Under the pieces are notes generated by a model. The model made no database searches. It was not told the DNA's origin and saw nothing but the letters and a program-made list of their open reading frames with translations. Of a DNA stretch of 64,000 nt, positions 37,493-47,961 are shown one piece after another (positions within the stretch are counted from its first letter, which is position 1; every line of letters begins with the position of its first letter). The translations under genes and the position numbers were made by a program. The DNA comes from an uncultured Eubacteriales bacterium. Lineage in GTDB: Bacteria > Bacillota > JAAYKD01. Where the stretch lies: contig CAYRNW010000012.1 of assembly GCA_964425745.1 (NCBI GenBank), positions 250 to 64,249 of the forward strand, written 5' to 3'.

Positions 37493-38217
37493 AAATCTTT
37501 CCCGCTATTGATCTTTGGGAAGGTCAGGTTGTTCGCCTGACACAAGGAGATTTTACACAACAAACCATCTATGATGCCGATCCCCTTCGTGTTGCTCAAC
37601 GGTTCTTAGATTCCGGTGCAGAATATTTGCATGTGGTTGATTTACAAGGAGCCCGTCAAGGGAGCTCGGTGCAGCGAGAGTTGATCCAAAAACTAATCCA
37701 AGCAACCCCTTTGAAAATTCAAGTGGGTGGGGGCTTACGTAGCGATGAAGCCGTGGAAGAATTATTGCAGGCTGGAGCCTTTCGGGTGGTGCTGGGAACA
37801 GCTGCCGCACAAGATCCGAGTTTCTTAACGCGACTTGTGACTCGATTCGGGGCAAAGATTACGGTCGGTATGGATTTGAGTTTTGATAAAATCATGCTCG
37901 AAGGCTGGACGAAAGTTGCCGAGGAAAGTCCAATGAATTATTTGAAACGATTGCACGAGCTGGGGGTGCAAAGTATTCTTTGTAGCGATGTACAGCGAGA
38001 CGGCTTATTGCAAGGTTCGAACCGAGCGCTCTATGAAACATTGAGTTCACTCTACCCGAATACGATTGTCGCCAGCGGTGGTATTCACAATGAAGACGAT
38101 GTCAAAGCGCTACTAAAGCTTCCCCTAGAAGGCATGATTATTGGCAAAGCTCTCTACAGCGGGGCTTTAGATTTGAAGAGAGTCTTCTGTTTACAAAAAG
38201 AGGTGAAATCATGCTAG
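37489..38217 (+). CDS. hisA: ProFAR isomerase
   Basis: IFPAIDL, VRLTQG, LHVVDL, QVGGGLR, SGGI, IIGKALY. Confidence 0.93.
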   Translation: MKIFPAIDLWEGQVVRLTQGDFTQQTIYDADPLRVAQRFLDSGAEYLHVVDLQGARQGSSVQRELIQKLIQATPLKIQVGGGLRSDEAVEELLQAGAFRVVLGTAAAQDPSFLTRLVTRFGAKITVGMDLSFDKIMLEGWTKVAEESPMNYLKRLHELGVQSILCSDVQRDGLLQGSNRALYETLSSLYPNTIVASGGIHNEDDVKALLKLPLEGMIIGKALYSGALDLKRVFCLQKEVKSC

Positions 38218-38984
38218 CCAAACGGATCATCCCCTGCCTCGATATTAAAGATGGCAAAGTGGTCAAAGGAGTTCAATTTCGAGGGTTACAGGGTATCGGC
38301 GACCCCGTGGCTTTAGCCGAGTTTTACGGTGAGCAAGGAGCGGATGAATTGGTTTTTTACGATATTACAGCTTCTGTGGAAAATCGAGGACTGTTTCTTG
38401 ATCTCTTGCGTCAAGTCGCAGCAACCCTCTTCATTCCGCTAACCGTGGGAGGAGGCATCCAACGCTTGCAAGATTTTCAGCGAGTTCTAGAAGCCGGTGC
38501 CGATAAAGTTAGTGTCAACAGTGGTGCTCTAAAGAATCCGGCATTGATTCGTGAAGCTGCTGAGCGCTACGGGAACCAATGCGTGGTTTTATCGGTTGAC
38601 GTTGGCCAAGTGGGGGAAGCGTTTCATGTTTTCACCAAAGGCGGTCAAGTGGATACCGGCCGTTTAGCCCTTCCTTGGATCCTTGAGGGAGTAGGTTCAG
38701 GTGCCGGGGAAGTTGTGGTCAATACCATTGATACCGATGGTTGCCAAAAAGGCTACCACATCGAATTTCTTAAGCAAGTTTGCGCCGCCGTTCCTGTGCC
38801 GGTGATTGCGTCCGGGGGTGCCGGTTCTGTCGATGATTTTGTTAACCTGTTCCAAGAAATTCCCGTTATGAGTGGTGCTTTAGCCGCCTCAGTCTTTCAC
38901 CGAGGTTTGGTGGAAATTGAGCAAGTCAAAAATGCATTGGCAAGCCAAGCAATCTTGGTTCGCCGAAAGGAGAAAAAATCATGA
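38211..38984 (+). CDS. hisF: Imidazole glycerol phosphate synthase, cyclase subunit
   Basis: RIIPCLD, GADELVFYDI, TVGGGI, GADKVSVNS, IASGGAG. Confidence 0.95.
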   Translation: MLAKRIIPCLDIKDGKVVKGVQFRGLQGIGDPVALAEFYGEQGADELVFYDITASVENRGLFLDLLRQVAATLFIPLTVGGGIQRLQDFQRVLEAGADKVSVNSGALKNPALIREAAERYGNQCVVLSVDVGQVGEAFHVFTKGGQVDTGRLALPWILEGVGSGAGEVVVNTIDTDGCQKGYHIEFLKQVCAAVPVPVIASGGAGSVDDFVNLFQEIPVMSGALAASVFHRGLVEIEQVKNALASQAILVRRKEKKS

Positions 38985-39610
38985 TTGATACAATTAAATT
39001 CGATGCACAAGGGTTGATTCCAGCGATTGTTCAAGATGCAGAAAGCGACCAAATCCTGACGTTAGCCTATATGAACAAAGAAAGTTTAGAAATTTCTTTA
39101 CGAGAGGGCTATACCTGCTTTTGGTCCCGTTCCAGACAGGAACTTTGGCGTAAGGGGGATATCAGCGGTAATCGGCAACAGATTCTTTCCATCACTGCCG
39201 ACTGTGATCGCGATGCACTCCTTGTTAAGGTACGTTCTTTTGGGTCTGCTTGTCACACTGGGGAAATCAGCTGTTTTCACAACTCCCTGTTAGAGCAACC
39301 CCAGTCCCAAGGATTTCGGTTGCAAGGGCTTTACGAGAAAATTCTGCAACGCAAACAAGAAATGCCGGAAGCATCTTATACCACTACACTTTTCCAAAAA
39401 GGGATTGACCAAATCCTTAAGAAAATTGGAGAAGAATCCGGAGAAGTGATTATTGCAGCCAAGAATCAACGGAAGCCGGAAGCAGTTTGGGAGATTGCCG
39501 ACCTGACCTATCATCTTTTAGTGCTCATGGCTGAACTGGAGATACAACCCAAAGATATTCTTATGGAATTAGCACAACGACAAAAAATTGACAAACCTGT
39601 CACAAAGTGA
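38981..39610 (+). CDS. hisIE: Bifunctional phosphoribosyl-AMP cyclohydrolase / phosphoribosyl-ATP pyrophosphatase
   Basis: WSRSRQELWRKG, DCDRD, ACHTG; KKIGEESGE, ADLTYHLLV. Confidence 0.95.
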   Translation: MIDTIKFDAQGLIPAIVQDAESDQILTLAYMNKESLEISLREGYTCFWSRSRQELWRKGDISGNRQQILSITADCDRDALLVKVRSFGSACHTGEISCFHNSLLEQPQSQGFRLQGLYEKILQRKQEMPEASYTTTLFQKGIDQILKKIGEESGEVIIAAKNQRKPEAVWEIADLTYHLLVLMAELEIQPKDILMELAQRQKIDKPVTK

Positions 39611-39616
39611 TATAGT
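39588..39616 (+). promoter_or_regulatory. Sigma-A promoter of the thiamine operon, overlapping the 3' end of hisIE
   Basis: TTGACA, 17 nt spacer, TATAGT. Confidence 0.7.
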
Positions 39617-39624
39617 CAAGAAAA

Positions 39625-39717
39625 CATATTCGGGGGAGCTTGTAGTAGCAGGCTGAGAGGAAGTTCTCAAAACTTCGACCCTTTAACCTGATGTGGGTAA
39701 TGCCACCGTAGGGAGTA
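39625..39717 (+). ncRNA. TPP riboswitch
   Basis: GGGGAGC...GCTGAGAG...GACCCTTTAACCTGAT-GTGGGTAATGCCAC-CGTAGGGA. Confidence 0.95.
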
Positions 39718-39737
39718 AGGAATCCTTGCTTGCAAGC

Positions 39738-39769
39738 GGAGAATGCCCAAAAGGCGTTCTCCTTTTTTT
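39738..39769 (+). terminator. TPP expression-platform terminator
   Basis: GGAGAATGCC-CAAAA-GGCGTTCTCC plus T7. Confidence 0.85.
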
Positions 39770-39795
39770 GTTGCCCTGAAAGAAAGAAGGTTGCT

Positions 39796-40980
39796 ATGGA
39801 AGAACCCAAAACTTCTACTTTTTCTCATGGATTGCTTTGGTTTGGTGCCGGAGTATCCATTGCCGAAATCCTAACCGGAACCTTGTTTGCACCGTTGGGA
39901 TTTGAAAAGGGCTTAGTCGCCATACTGTTAGGCCACATAATCGGCTGTGGACTGCTGTTTTTGGCGGGACTCATGGGTGGACGCACCGGCAAAAGCGCAA
40001 TGGAAACGGTCAAGATGTCCTTTGGCCAAAAAGGCTCCTGGTTATTTTCCGGTTTGAATGTGTTGCAGCTCCTAGGTTGGACCGCCGTCATGATCTACAG
40101 CGGGGCTGTTGCCGCTCAATCCATAGCTCCGTTTGGCGGTTTATCCTTGTGGAGTATGGTAATCGGTGCTTTGATCTTGGTGTGGATTTTGATTGGCATC
40201 ACCAACTTGGGAAAAGTTAATCTTGTTGCCATGACTGCTTTGTTTCTTCTGACCCTTGTTTTAAGTTCAGTTGTTTTTGGTCAAGGGGTGGCCACCCCCC
40301 AGAGCACCGGGTTATCTTTTGGTGCAGCGGTTGAGCTCTCAGTAGCAATGCCCCTCTCTTGGCTGCCCTTGATTTCGGATTATACCCGCAAAGCCAAAAA
40401 GCCACTAGCAGCCTCTGCTGTGAGTGCGGTGACCTACTTTGTCACCAGCACCTGGATGTATCTTATTGGTTTAGGAGCAGCACTATTTACCGGTGAAGGG
40501 GATATCGCTGCGATTATGATCAAAGCTGGATTAGGAACCTTAGCGTTGCTGATCATTGTCTTCTCAACCGTGACAACCACCTTTCTCGATGTCTACTCTG
40601 CTGGTGTTAGTGCCGAGAGCATCTCAAAAAAGCTCAAGGAAAAACCCGTTGCCCTTAGCATTTGTATCTTGGGGACGGTTCTCTCGATTATGGTTCCCAT
40701 TACCCAATTTGAACATTTTTTGTATATGATTAGCTCCGTCTTTGCTCCCATGATTGCAATCCAATTGGTGGACTTCTTCGTATTAAAACGAGATCACTCC
40801 AAGCAAGCCGTTCATGGCTTAAACCTGTTTGTTTGGCTCTGTGGATTTGTACTGTATCGATTCTTACTTTCTCAAAATACAGCAATTGGTATTACAGTCC
40901 CCGTCATGTTTCTTACGGCCTTATTTCACTGGCTGATCACAAAAATCACAAGTATTATAGGAGGTAGAGCTCATGTTTAA
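39796..40980 (+). CDS. cytX: Putative hydroxymethylpyrimidine transporter CytX (NCS1-like)
   Basis: LWFGAGVSIAEI, QLLGWTAVMI, MPLSWLPLISDYT, STVTTTFLD; first gene after the TPP switch. ATG 39796 is preferred to the ORF-track start. Confidence 0.88.
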   Translation: MEEPKTSTFSHGLLWFGAGVSIAEILTGTLFAPLGFEKGLVAILLGHIIGCGLLFLAGLMGGRTGKSAMETVKMSFGQKGSWLFSGLNVLQLLGWTAVMIYSGAVAAQSIAPFGGLSLWSMVIGALILVWILIGITNLGKVNLVAMTALFLLTLVLSSVVFGQGVATPQSTGLSFGAAVELSVAMPLSWLPLISDYTRKAKKPLAASAVSAVTYFVTSTWMYLIGLGAALFTGEGDIAAIMIKAGLGTLALLIIVFSTVTTTFLDVYSAGVSAESISKKLKEKPVALSICILGTVLSIMVPITQFEHFLYMISSVFAPMIAIQLVDFFVLKRDHSKQAVHGLNLFVWLCGFVLYRFLLSQNTAIGITVPVMFLTALFHWLITKITSIIGGRAHV

Positions 40981-41794
40981 AGAATTACTCGGTAATGTTC
41001 GTGCCAAAACCCCTTTGATTCATAACATCACTAATTACGTCACGGTCAACGATGTTGCAAATCTACTAATTGCCTGTGGGGCGGCTCCCATTATGGCCGA
41101 TGACTTAGGGGAAGCCGAGGAAATCACAAGCATTTGCGGGGGATTGAATTTGAATATCGGCACCTTGAATCAACGCACCATTCCTGCTATGTTTGCCGCC
41201 GGTAAAAAAGCGAATCAACTACAGCACCCCGTGCTTTTAGATCCAGTGGGAGCCGGAGCTTCGCGTTTGCGCACCCAGACTGCTCTCGATTTACTAAAGC
41301 AGCTTCAATTCACGGTTATCCGGGGAAACAGCTCCGAAATTAAGACTTTAGCCTTAGGCGTAGGCAATACCCGCGGAGTCGATGCCAATGCCGCCGATGC
41401 AGTCAACGAGAATACACTGGATGCTACCGTTAATTTGGCCAAACAGCTCAGCGCCAAAACCGGTGCAATTGTGGTCATCACCGGCCCCATAGATGTGGTT
41501 GCCAATGAACAGAGTGCCTACTGCATACGCAACGGTCACGCCATGATGAGCCAGATCACCGGTAGTGGTTGCCAGTTGTCTGCCTTGATCACGGCTTTCA
41601 TCACGGCGAACCCGGAGCGTTCCTTAGAAGCTGCAGCGGCTGCCGTATCTGCTATGGGTTTATGCGGAGAAATTGCCTTTGCACGCTTAACAAAAGCCGA
41701 TGGCAATTCAAGCTACCGAAATTACATCATCGATGCCATGTTCAACCTAACCGGCGAAGCATTGGAAGCGGGGGCTCGTTATGAAATTCGATAA
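40973..41794 (+). CDS. thiM: Hydroxyethylthiazole kinase
   Basis: ITNYVTVNDVAN, LNIGTL, LDPVG, IRGNSSE, ITGSGC. Confidence 0.95.
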   Translation: MFKELLGNVRAKTPLIHNITNYVTVNDVANLLIACGAAPIMADDLGEAEEITSICGGLNLNIGTLNQRTIPAMFAAGKKANQLQHPVLLDPVGAGASRLRTQTALDLLKQLQFTVIRGNSSEIKTLALGVGNTRGVDANAADAVNENTLDATVNLAKQLSAKTGAIVVITGPIDVVANEQSAYCIRNGHAMMSQITGSGCQLSALITAFITANPERSLEAAAAAVSAMGLCGEIAFARLTKADGNSSYRNYIIDAMFNLTGEALEAGARYEIR

Positions 41795-43208
41795 CTCGTC
41801 TCTTCTGCTATACGCAGTCACCGACCGAGCATGGGCTGGCGAACAAACCCTGATTGAGCAAGTGGAGGATGCTTTACGAGGCGGGGTCACCTGTTTACAA
41901 TTACGAGAAAAAAACTTAGATGCTGCTGAGTTTTTAAAGGAAGCCCGAGAAATCAAGTCCCTGTGTGAACATTTCGCCGTTCCCTTCATTATTAATGATA
42001 ACGTTGAGGTTGCTTTAGCATGCCAAGCAACCGGAATTCATATCGGTCAGGAAGATCTTCCGGTAAGACATGTTCGATCCAGGGTGGGAAAGGAGATGAT
42101 CATCGGTGTTTCAGTACAAACGGTAGCACAAGCCAAAGAAGCCGAAGCCGGTGGCGCCGACTATTTGGGGGTCGGAGCGGTCTTTCCTACCTTAACCAAG
42201 ACCGATGCCGAAGCAGTTTCGTTCGAGACCTTGAAACAAATTTGTGAGGTAACCTCGTTACCGGTCGTTGCAATTGGTGGAATTACTGCCCAAAATCTAT
42301 TGCAATTATCCGGAAGTGGGATTGCTGGGATCGCTTTGGTTTCGGCGATTTTCGCACAAAAGAACATTGAAGCCGCTTGCCGTGAGTTGAAAGTTTTAAG
42401 TGAGCTTGCAACCCGCCAAAGTTCCCTCAGAAAAGTTTTGACCATTGCCGGTTCCGATTGCAGCGGTGGGGCCGGAATCCAAGCAGATTTGAAAACGATA
42501 GCGGTGCACAAGATGTATGGGATGAGTGTGATTACCGCTTTGACCGCCCAAAATACCACCGGTGTTACTGAAATCATGGATGTAAGTGCTGACTTTGTTG
42601 GTCACCAACTCGACAGTATTTTTACCGATATCGTGCCCGATGCTGTCAAAATCGGCATGGTATCCCGCAGTGAAGTCATAGAGAAGATTGCAGAGAAACT
42701 GATTCAATATAAAGCAAGGAACATTGTCGTAGATCCGGTCATGGTATCGACCAGTGGTCACCAACTGCTTTCAGATGAAGCTCTAGACTCTTTAAAACGA
42801 AGCCTTCTCCCCTTAGGTTGTATCATTACCCCTAATCTTCTTGAAGCCCAAGTTTTGTGTGGATTTGAAATTCATAATGAAGAAGATATGAAGCAGGCTG
42901 CTCGTATCTTAAGTGAAGACTACGGTAACGCAGTGCTGATTAAAGGAGGTCACCTCAACAAGGAAGCCACCGATTGGCTGTATGATCAGGGAACGTATCA
43001 TCGTTTCACAGCTCAAAGAGTGGATAACCCCAATTCCCACGGTACTGGTTGCACCCTATCTTCAGCAATTGCCTGTAATCTGGCGAGGGGAAAGAATTTA
43101 GTAGAAAGTATTGAACTTGCCAAAACTTATCTCACCGGTGCCCTGAGAGCCCAATTAAACCTTGGCAAGGGACGTGGTCCCCTAGACCACACCTACCTCT
43201 TACCGTAG
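41781..43208 (+). CDS. thiE-thiD: Fused thiamine-phosphate synthase (ThiE, N-terminal) and HMP/HMP-P kinase (ThiD, C-terminal)
   Basis: QLREK, IINDNV, GIHIGQED, PVVAIGGI; then TIAGSDCSGGAGIQAD, VDPVMV, ITPN, HGTGC. Confidence 0.92.
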   Translation: MKFDNSSLLLYAVTDRAWAGEQTLIEQVEDALRGGVTCLQLREKNLDAAEFLKEAREIKSLCEHFAVPFIINDNVEVALACQATGIHIGQEDLPVRHVRSRVGKEMIIGVSVQTVAQAKEAEAGGADYLGVGAVFPTLTKTDAEAVSFETLKQICEVTSLPVVAIGGITAQNLLQLSGSGIAGIALVSAIFAQKNIEAACRELKVLSELATRQSSLRKVLTIAGSDCSGGAGIQADLKTIAVHKMYGMSVITALTAQNTTGVTEIMDVSADFVGHQLDSIFTDIVPDAVKIGMVSRSEVIEKIAEKLIQYKARNIVVDPVMVSTSGHQLLSDEALDSLKRSLLPLGCIITPNLLEAQVLCGFEIHNEEDMKQAARILSEDYGNAVLIKGGHLNKEATDWLYDQGTYHRFTAQRVDNPNSHGTGCTLSSAIACNLARGKNLVESIELAKTYLTGALRAQLNLGKGRGPLDHTYLLP

Positions 43209-43225
43209 AACGGGCATTGTAGTAC

Positions 43226-43265
43226 AAAAAAAGGGAACCGATGGTGCAAACCTTCGGTTCCTTTT
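43226..43265. terminator. Bidirectional terminator between the thi operon and prsA
   Basis: A-run GGAACCGA...TCGGTTCC T-run between convergent genes. Confidence 0.75.
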
Positions 43266-43275
43266 CGCAATTCTC

Positions 43276-44376
43276 TTATTCGCCTTTTGCGATTGAAATC
43301 ATGGTTGTCTTGGTGGCTTCCGGACTAATCTTTGCGGCTTCCACGACTTTAACCAGTTCGGCATTGATCTTGCTGGTTGTAATATCTTGCTTAATCTGCT
43401 CTTTTACAGCATCCAATTCAATGGTCCTTGTATCTTCCAAACGAATGATATGATACCCAAAACTGGTTTTCACCGGTTGACTGATCTGACCATTCTCAGT
43501 TAAAGCAAATGCCCCGGTAATATATTCTGTGACCAAACCACCGGTGCGGGGAAAATAGCCAATATTTCCACCGGAAGCTTTGGCCGCTTCATCGGTACTG
43601 TAAGTATCGGACATTTCTACCCAATCGGCACCGGCCATAAGTTTTGCATAGACATCATTTGCAGTCGCTTCATCTGCAACCAAAATGTGACTGGTGTCTT
43701 TTTCAATGTATTTTGCTTCGAGATTTTCATCATAATACGCTTGAATCTCTTCATCGGTGAAGACGAGACCCTCTTTCACCTTTGATTTCAAAGCTTCAAT
43801 TGTTAATGCAGAAGCCGATACTTTGGTGAAATAGTCGCGAGTCAATTGAGCAGCAGTCAGTTTTTCATCTAACATGACAGCACCGGTTTTTCCCAACGCG
43901 GTTTCAAGGCGGGTCTTCTCTTCTAATGCTTTATCTTCATCGGTACCAAATAGAGCTGCAGAATCCATTTCCATTTCAGCGGCATTGGCTGCCTCATATA
44001 AGAAGTAGACTTCCAAATATTTTAGAGTGTTCTCAGCATCTTCGGCAATAACGCTATCTTCAATGGCGATGCCTTGTTTGGCAGCTTCTTGTAATAAAAG
44101 ACGATCATAAGCAACATAAGGGGCAATGTGATCTTGATAATAGACATTATCAATTTCTACGGTATCATCGTAGAGGGAATATTGACCTAACTGTTCTTTA
44201 ACATCATCGATGGTGATTTTTTCACCGTTGACCACCGCTAAAGTGCCTTTTTGATAAAGTGCAAACATGACTACACCGGCAAGAATGGCTACTACCAAGA
44301 GTGCGGCTCCCCATTTCATCCAGGGGGCGAGCACCGGGCTTGCCATTTGATTATTTTTCTTGTTCAATCGTTCCAA
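43276..44376 (-). CDS. prsA: PrsA/SurA-like parvulin peptidyl-prolyl isomerase
   Basis: AVVNGEKIT, SHILV, YSTD...SGGNIG, SQPVKTSFGYHII; downstream of mfd. N-terminal TM without a lipobox Cys. Confidence 0.85.
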   Translation of the reverse strand: MERLNKKNNQMASPVLAPWMKWGAALLVVAILAGVVMFALYQKGTLAVVNGEKITIDDVKEQLGQYSLYDDTVEIDNVYYQDHIAPYVAYDRLLLQEAAKQGIAIEDSVIAEDAENTLKYLEVYFLYEAANAAEMEMDSAALFGTDEDKALEEKTRLETALGKTGAVMLDEKLTAAQLTRDYFTKVSASALTIEALKSKVKEGLVFTDEEIQAYYDENLEAKYIEKDTSHILVADEATANDVYAKLMAGADWVEMSDTYSTDEAAKASGGNIGYFPRTGGLVTEYITGAFALTENGQISQPVKTSFGYHIIRLEDTRTIELDAVKEQIKQDITTSKINAELVKVVEAAKISPEATKTTMISIAKGE

Positions 44377-44422
44377 CTCCCATTCTTCTTCAGTTCATAC
44401 AACCGCTATTATACGTGTTTAT

Positions 44423-47400
44423 TCAACTTTTGGCAATACGCTGAAAGCCGGCAACAAAAATTTCAATTTGCTGTAACATCGCTGACGCAGATAACCCGGA
44501 CACATCGATTAAAAACGGGGTGCTTTTTCCGGCTTGGTGCCGCAATCGTCCGTCCATGGCCATTACTAAAAGTGCAGCATCATTTAAGGAATAACTCACA
44601 CCTTCTACCCGTATTGCAACCACTTCACCAGGCTTTTGGCTGATCAGTTTAATGCCAGCAACCGATGCCTTTAGACGCAATTGCGCGATCTGTAACAGAT
44701 TACGAACCTGCAGCGGAATATCTCCGAAGCGATCGATCAATTCATCTTGTAGTTCAACCAATTCCTCTAAATCGGCTTGCTGAATGCGTCTGTAAAAATC
44801 GACTTTGTGTCCAACGTCATTGATATATTCCGATGGGATAAAGGCATCTACTTGCAATTCCAATACCGTCTCCACCTTCTTGACTTGGACAACACCTTTC
44901 AGATTTTCAACAGCCTCTTTAAGCATCATGGAATAGAGCTCAAAACCGACCGCTGCCACATTACCATGTTGCTCCGCTCCCAAAAGATTGCCGACTCCCC
45001 GCATTTCCAAGTCTCGCAATGCAATTTTGTAGCCTTCCCCCAACTGACAAAACTCTTTCAGGGCAATCAGGCGTTTTTCGGAGAGCTCGCTGAGCTGTTT
45101 ATCTCGTGTATACATAAAATAGGCATAGCCAATGCGACTACTTCGACCGATTCGCCCTCGTAATTGGTGTAATTGACTTAAGCCATAGCGGTCCGCGTCA
45201 CAAACAATCAGGGTATTGACATTGGGCATATCGATACCGGCTTCTATAATGGTGGTTGAGATGAGGACATCATACTCTCCGCTTAGGAAATCGCTCATGG
45301 TTTCTGCTAATTTACCTTCCGGCATTTGACCATGTGCAATCACAAAGCGCCCTTGCGGGACCAATTGTTCTAATTGATCGGCTAATATTGGCAAGGCGGC
45401 GATTCGATTATGCACCACGAAGACTTGTCCTTGACGTTCCAATTCTCGTTGAATCGCCTCTCGCACCAACTCCGGATTCCATTCCATGACATAGGTTTGC
45501 ACCGGGAATCGATTTTCCGGCGGGGTCTCGATCATACTCATATCGCGAATGCCAACTAAAGACATGTGTAAAGTACGAGGAATTGGTGTCGCAGAAAGCA
45601 TGAGAACGTCTACATTGGTTTTCAACCTTTTGAGCTTTTCTTTGTGCGCTACTCCAAATCGTTGTTCCTCATCGATAATCAATAACCCTAAATCTGCAAA
45701 TTCCACGTCTTTCGATAACAACCGATGCGTGCCAATCACAATATCGATTTGCTTCGCTTTCAATTTTTCAACGGTTGCCAGGTTCTCTTTATTGCTTCTG
45801 TAGCGGCTCATGAGGGCAATATTGACGGGAAAATTCGCTAACCGCTCTCGAAATGTAGCAAAATGCTGTTGTGCCAAAACGGTGGTCGGCACCAAAACCG
45901 CCACTTGTTTACCATCGGTTACTGCCTTGAACGCGGCACGAATCGCAACTTCGGTCTTGCCAAAACCCACATCACCACAGAGTAACCGTTCCATGGGCTG
46001 AGGTTGTTCCATATCTTGCTTGATTTCTTCAATACAGCGCAACTGATCTTCGGTTTCTTCATAAAAGAAGTCATCTTCCATTTCAGCTTGCCAAGCACTG
46101 TCTTTGGAAAAAGGATAGCCCAAGTTGCTCTGCCTTTGTGCATACAACTTCAACAAATCCTCGGCCATGTCTTCGACCGCTTTTTTAACTTTACCGGTAG
46201 TTCGGCTCCACTCTGTGCTGTTCAGTGAAGTCAGTCTGGTAGTCTTGTCTTCTCCACTACCAATGTATTTTTGAATATAGCCAATTTGATCAATCGGCAC
46301 ATAGAGTTTATCCTCACCGGAATATTGAATATGCAGATAATCCTTTTGCAGCCCTTCTAAAATCATGGAGGTCACGCCGACATAGCGTCCAATTCCATGG
46401 TGGATATGCACAACCAAATCGCCGGGCTTCAGCTCGCGGTAGGTTCGGAGTTTGCGACTGTCACTGCTTTTCTTAAACTTACTCTTCTTGGCTTTACTGA
46501 AAAACGTACTGTCCGGTAAAACTACAAAACGGCTGGAAGAGATCTCCAGCCCTTCACTTAAAAACCCTAAACGAATCAAAGGGTGCGCCGCAGACTCCTC
46601 TGCTTCTTCTGATTGAATCGTAGCTTCAAAGTGGTACTCTCGGAGCAACTGTTTCACCTGCTGTGCGCGTTCTTCGTCTTCTGCCATAATCAAAACTTGA
46701 ACTTTATGACTACGCCATCGCTCGAACTCTTCGATTAAAACGGGTAAAGAGCCCCGATATAAGGGCAAAGATTTCATGGGATTGTCGATAATCTCTACCG
46801 GTTTGAGCCAAACCGGACGTCGTAACACCATGGTCAGCGAAACCGAGGCTTCTTGTTGAAACAACGGCTGCAAATCGGCAAAGCCAATCGTATGCTTTTG
46901 TCTTCCTCTCAACATTTCTCCACGAGCAAAGCTTTGAATGCAGTAATCTATAACTTCACCTTGGCGATGCTCCATCGATTCCTGAATACGCGAAGGCTCA
47001 TCCAACCAAAGCAGCGGTTCTTGTTTAAAATAATCCCAAAGCGTTTTCTTTTCAGGATAAAAATAGGGCAAATAAGGGGTCCACGATTCATCGATTTGAT
47101 TGCTTTCCAAGCGTTGCATCATCTCATCAAAGCGATCTTGTAATCCTTCTGCCAAAGCAGGGGTATCGGTTGCCCGAAGTCGTTTGATGCTGTCGTTGAA
47201 ATCGGCTTGCAACGCTTTTTTTCCATGTTCCAAAGCTTCTTTAGTCAGCATGACTTCTGAGCCCGGCGACACGATATATTCCTGGATTGGATCAAACGAT
47301 CGCTGGTTGACCGGATCAAACAATCGAATTGAATCAATTTCGTCATCAAATAACTCAATGCGTACCGGTAACGGATCCATGGGGGCATACAAATCTAGAA

Positions 47401-47941
47401 TCCCGCCTCGCCGTGCAAAGGTTCCCGGTGTGTCTACTGTAGCGGTCCGTTCGTATCCTTGACGGATTAAGGAAGTCATCCACTCCTGAAGATCAAGTCG
47501 GTCGCCTAAGCGCAAAGTTTTGATTTGAGATGCGATGATTTCCGGGGGCATCACCGGCAGCATGAGCGCTTCGGCCGTTGTTACGACACCCTGTAATTTG
47601 GAGTGAAGCAGGTCCAAAAGCACTTGCAAGCGCTGGTTCGATAGCTCATCACTGGCAGCCGCTACGTCGTAAAAGGCACTTTCGTTCGCTGGGAAAAAGC
47701 CAATTTTATGATCTGGCAACAGTCCTGAAAGATCATCGAATAATTTCTGAGCTTGACTGTGCCCATAGGTGATCAACAAGAAGGGCCGTTGCTCGACTGC
47801 TGCTAATAAGGCAATATATAACGCCTTTTGGCTAGCTGAGGTCAGTCCGTACAGACAAACAGGCCCACGTCGTCCTTGAACGACCCGGGTCAGTTGTTGG
47901 ATTTGTTCAGTTTGGTAGAGGGGTACAAATCCCTTCAGCAT
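44423..47941 (-). CDS. mfd: Transcription-repair coupling factor
   Basis: RGGILD, GDLVVHIHHGIG, CGDVGFGKT, DEEQRFG, SATPIPRTL, QLRGRIGRS. Confidence 0.97.
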   Translation of the reverse strand: MLKGFVPLYQTEQIQQLTRVVQGRRGPVCLYGLTSASQKALYIALLAAVEQRPFLLITYGHSQAQKLFDDLSGLLPDHKIGFFPANESAFYDVAAASDELSNQRLQVLLDLLHSKLQGVVTTAEALMLPVMPPEIIASQIKTLRLGDRLDLQEWMTSLIRQGYERTATVDTPGTFARRGGILDLYAPMDPLPVRIELFDDEIDSIRLFDPVNQRSFDPIQEYIVSPGSEVMLTKEALEHGKKALQADFNDSIKRLRATDTPALAEGLQDRFDEMMQRLESNQIDESWTPYLPYFYPEKKTLWDYFKQEPLLWLDEPSRIQESMEHRQGEVIDYCIQSFARGEMLRGRQKHTIGFADLQPLFQQEASVSLTMVLRRPVWLKPVEIIDNPMKSLPLYRGSLPVLIEEFERWRSHKVQVLIMAEDEERAQQVKQLLREYHFEATIQSEEAEESAAHPLIRLGFLSEGLEISSSRFVVLPDSTFFSKAKKSKFKKSSDSRKLRTYRELKPGDLVVHIHHGIGRYVGVTSMILEGLQKDYLHIQYSGEDKLYVPIDQIGYIQKYIGSGEDKTTRLTSLNSTEWSRTTGKVKKAVEDMAEDLLKLYAQRQSNLGYPFSKDSAWQAEMEDDFFYEETEDQLRCIEEIKQDMEQPQPMERLLCGDVGFGKTEVAIRAAFKAVTDGKQVAVLVPTTVLAQQHFATFRERLANFPVNIALMSRYRSNKENLATVEKLKAKQIDIVIGTHRLLSKDVEFADLGLLIIDEEQRFGVAHKEKLKRLKTNVDVLMLSATPIPRTLHMSLVGIRDMSMIETPPENRFPVQTYVMEWNPELVREAIQRELERQGQVFVVHNRIAALPILADQLEQLVPQGRFVIAHGQMPEGKLAETMSDFLSGEYDVLISTTIIEAGIDMPNVNTLIVCDADRYGLSQLHQLRGRIGRSSRIGYAYFMYTRDKQLSELSEKRLIALKEFCQLGEGYKIALRDLEMRGVGNLLGAEQHGNVAAVGFELYSMMLKEAVENLKGVVQVKKVETVLELQVDAFIPSEYINDVGHKVDFYRRIQQADLEELVELQDELIDRFGDIPLQVRNLLQIAQLRLKASVAGIKLISQKPGEVVAIRVEGVSYSLNDAALLVMAMDGRLRHQAGKSTPFLIDVSGLSASAMLQQIEIFVAGFQRIAKS

Positions 47942-47961
47942 CAAAGTCCCCCTTTTATGGT

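Noticed and set aside
43276-44376. PrsA lacking a lipobox as a novelty
   Set aside because: TM-anchored parvulins at this position are not unusual enough to flag, and the start codon is uncertain.
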